Source: an uncultured archaeon
GTDB taxonomy: Archaea > Iainarchaeota > Iainarchaeia > Iainarchaeales > Iainarchaeaceae
Assembly (NCBI GenBank): GCA_964577555.1
Contig: CAZNZM010000009.1
Location: 7,379-39,378, forward strand
Direction of reading: 5' to 3'
Length of the DNA: 32,000 bases
Positions 30,589 to 32,000 of the stretch are shown piece after piece. Below the pieces are notes generated by a model. The model made no database searches. It saw only the letters and a program-made list of their open reading frames with translations, and was not told the DNA's origin. Numbering within the stretch: position 1 is the stretch's first letter; every line of letters begins with the position of its first letter. Both the position numbers and the translations under genes were made by a program.

Positions 30589-31737
30589 TTAGTATAAGTA
30601 CAATTTTAAGTTTCCCTCAGAAATTTCTGTTGAAAAATTTTTTAATAAAATTTTTTTGTTGAAAAATCCGCTGAGAAGTCCTGAAAGCAGACCGCGATAG
30701 TAGTAGTAGTTTATTTTGTCGTATTTTTCTAAGTATGGGTAATAATTTGTCTGTATTTCAAGCAAATCAGATTTTTTTAGGATTAGTGTGTCGCCAAATC
30801 CTAGTGCAGCTAATAGGTCTGGTATGAAAGTTGTGTATTCGTTGTCTATTTCTTTGCTTGCTATTTCGGCGCCTTGTTGGAATGCAGAGTCAAATATTAT
30901 TTGTCCGAATTTCTTGTCTTCTTTTCCAAGGAGTTCCATTGTGTAAAGCAATTCTATGCCTGTAAAGCAGTATCTGTCGTTGTTGAGGCTGAGTTTGTTT
31001 TCGTTGAAGTCAAAGAATCCTGTGGATATTAGTTTTTGCATTGATGTATTTGAATATTCAAGTTTTTTTGGTGAATTCATTTGGGTGTATGTTTCGTCTA
31101 TTTTGAATGATATTTTTGCTGTTTCGTTGAAGTGTTTTAGTCCTTGTTTGTCCAGCCATGTTGCCGGGCCCATGATTACTTTGCATGTTTGGGCTCCTTT
31201 GCCTATGCATTGTGTTTGTGTTGATTGTACTGTTTGATCTTGTGTTATGTATTGCCATCCTCCGCCTATGTTTCCGCTTGTGAATGCGTGTCCCAATCCA
31301 TTTTTGTTGCATACTATGTGGTTTCCAAAGTCTATTGTTGCTGTTTTTGTTTTTAGGTTGTATGAGTAATCAACAAATTCTCCCCACGTTACTCCCATGA
31401 AGGCTGAGTAGAATACTATAAAGTCGTCTATTGTTTTTTCGTGGTCTATTCCTAGCCTTGGTATTGCAAACGAGTTGCAGTATGCGTTGCCGTAATTTAT
31501 TCCTATTGAATAAGCTATTTTGTCGCCTTTTTCTCCGAGTTTTTCATGTAATTTTGTTTCAAGGTTTGCCATAAATTTTTCAGAGTAAAAAATGTTTCTT
31601 TGATTTATTTTTTCCCCTTTCCAATTGTTTTTTACTATGACAAAACCGGGTATGTCTATTGTTATGAGTCTCGGAATTACGGCGTTTTTGAGAAACCATC
31701 CAACTAAATCATTTTTTATGCGCATATCATGATTCAC
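30589..31737 (-). CDS. V4R-like (4-vinyl reductase-type) domain protein, divergent
   Basis: First half ends with QTQCIGKGAQTCKVIMGP, resembling the C-terminal cysteine segment of V4R domains; second half FTGIELLYTMELLGKEDKKFGQIIFDSAFQQGAEIA may be a second degenerate copy. GTG 31737 or ATG 31725 start. Confidence 0.5.
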   Translation of the reverse strand: MNHDMRIKNDLVGWFLKNAVIPRLITIDIPGFVIVKNNWKGEKINQRNIFYSEKFMANLETKLHEKLGEKGDKIAYSIGINYGNAYCNSFAIPRLGIDHEKTIDDFIVFYSAFMGVTWGEFVDYSYNLKTKTATIDFGNHIVCNKNGLGHAFTSGNIGGGWQYITQDQTVQSTQTQCIGKGAQTCKVIMGPATWLDKQGLKHFNETAKISFKIDETYTQMNSPKKLEYSNTSMQKLISTGFFDFNENKLSLNNDRYCFTGIELLYTMELLGKEDKKFGQIIFDSAFQQGAEIASKEIDNEYTTFIPDLLAALGFGDTLILKKSDLLEIQTNYYPYLEKYDKINYYYYRGLLSGLLSGFFNKKILLKNFSTEISEGNLKLYLY

Positions 31738-32000
31738 AGGCTGAGAATTGACAATCCTTTTTCATTTATTTCCAGATCGTATCTTCCGCCTGGTGTGTCA
31801 GTGTGACGCATTTTGCATATTTCTATTGTTCTCACTCTTTTTTTTCCCATTGCTGTTGATGAAAGCAATAGAACTCCGTCGCACAGGAATTCAGATACTG
31901 TGTCTCTGCTTAATCCGTTTGAACCTTCCACTCTTTCACTTGTAACTATTGCTGTTGCTTTTGCTTTTGATATTACTTTGAATATTTTTTTTATTTTTAG
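31734..32000 (-). CDS. C-terminal part of a KaiC/RecA-superfamily ATPase, truncated by window end
   Basis: Open to the window edge: LKIKKIFKVISKAKATAIVTSERVEGSNGLSRDTVSEFLCDGVLLLSSTAMGKKRVRTIEICKMRHTDTPGGRYDLEINEKGLSILSL*. The KMRxTxxxxxxYxLEIxEKGLxI tail is typical of archaeal KaiC-like ATPases. Confidence 0.75.
   Translation of the reverse strand, partial: LKIKKIFKVISKAKATAIVTSERVEGSNGLSRDTVSEFLCDGVLLLSSTAMGKKRVRTIEICKMRHTDTPGGRYDLEINEKGLSILSL

Overview
The window is archaeal chromosomal DNA. The lineage, probably DPANN/Diapherotrites-like, is inferred from gene content and could not be tested. The first two thirds hold mostly recognisable genes: a small operon ending in a tRNA-binding (CsaA/MetRS-beta-like) protein, a P-type cation ATPase, NadM/NadC, PdxS/PdxT, a FEN1 nuclease with a C-terminal PIP box, an Fe-type alcohol dehydrogenase, FolC, thiamine pyrophosphokinase, a ThiB/P/Q-like ABC transporter, PCMT, an XRE regulator, a DGGGP-synthase-like UbiA prenyltransferase, ribosomal protein L40e (absent from the supplied ORF track), tRNA-Glu, a queuosine-precursor-transporter-like protein and three glycosyltransferases. 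An rRNA operon, 16S - tRNA-Ala(TGC) - 23S, occupies about 23.2-28.5 kb, preceded by a decayed transposase zinc-ribbon remnant. Downstream are an orphan membrane protein, a small ORF, a V4R-like protein and the C-terminus of a KaiC/RecA-like ATPase. No clearly new defence or mobile system is visible. The most useful leads are: (1) a hairpin with an identical apical core placed upstream of both 16S and 23S; (2) two genes whose reading frames are split at poly-A tracts, one at an A_AAA_AAG-TAA site; (3) a 16S gene mismatched to common archaeal primers; (4) an overlapping KaiC-like/V4R-like gene pair; (5) a dense cofactor (NAD, PLP, thiamine, folate) cluster.
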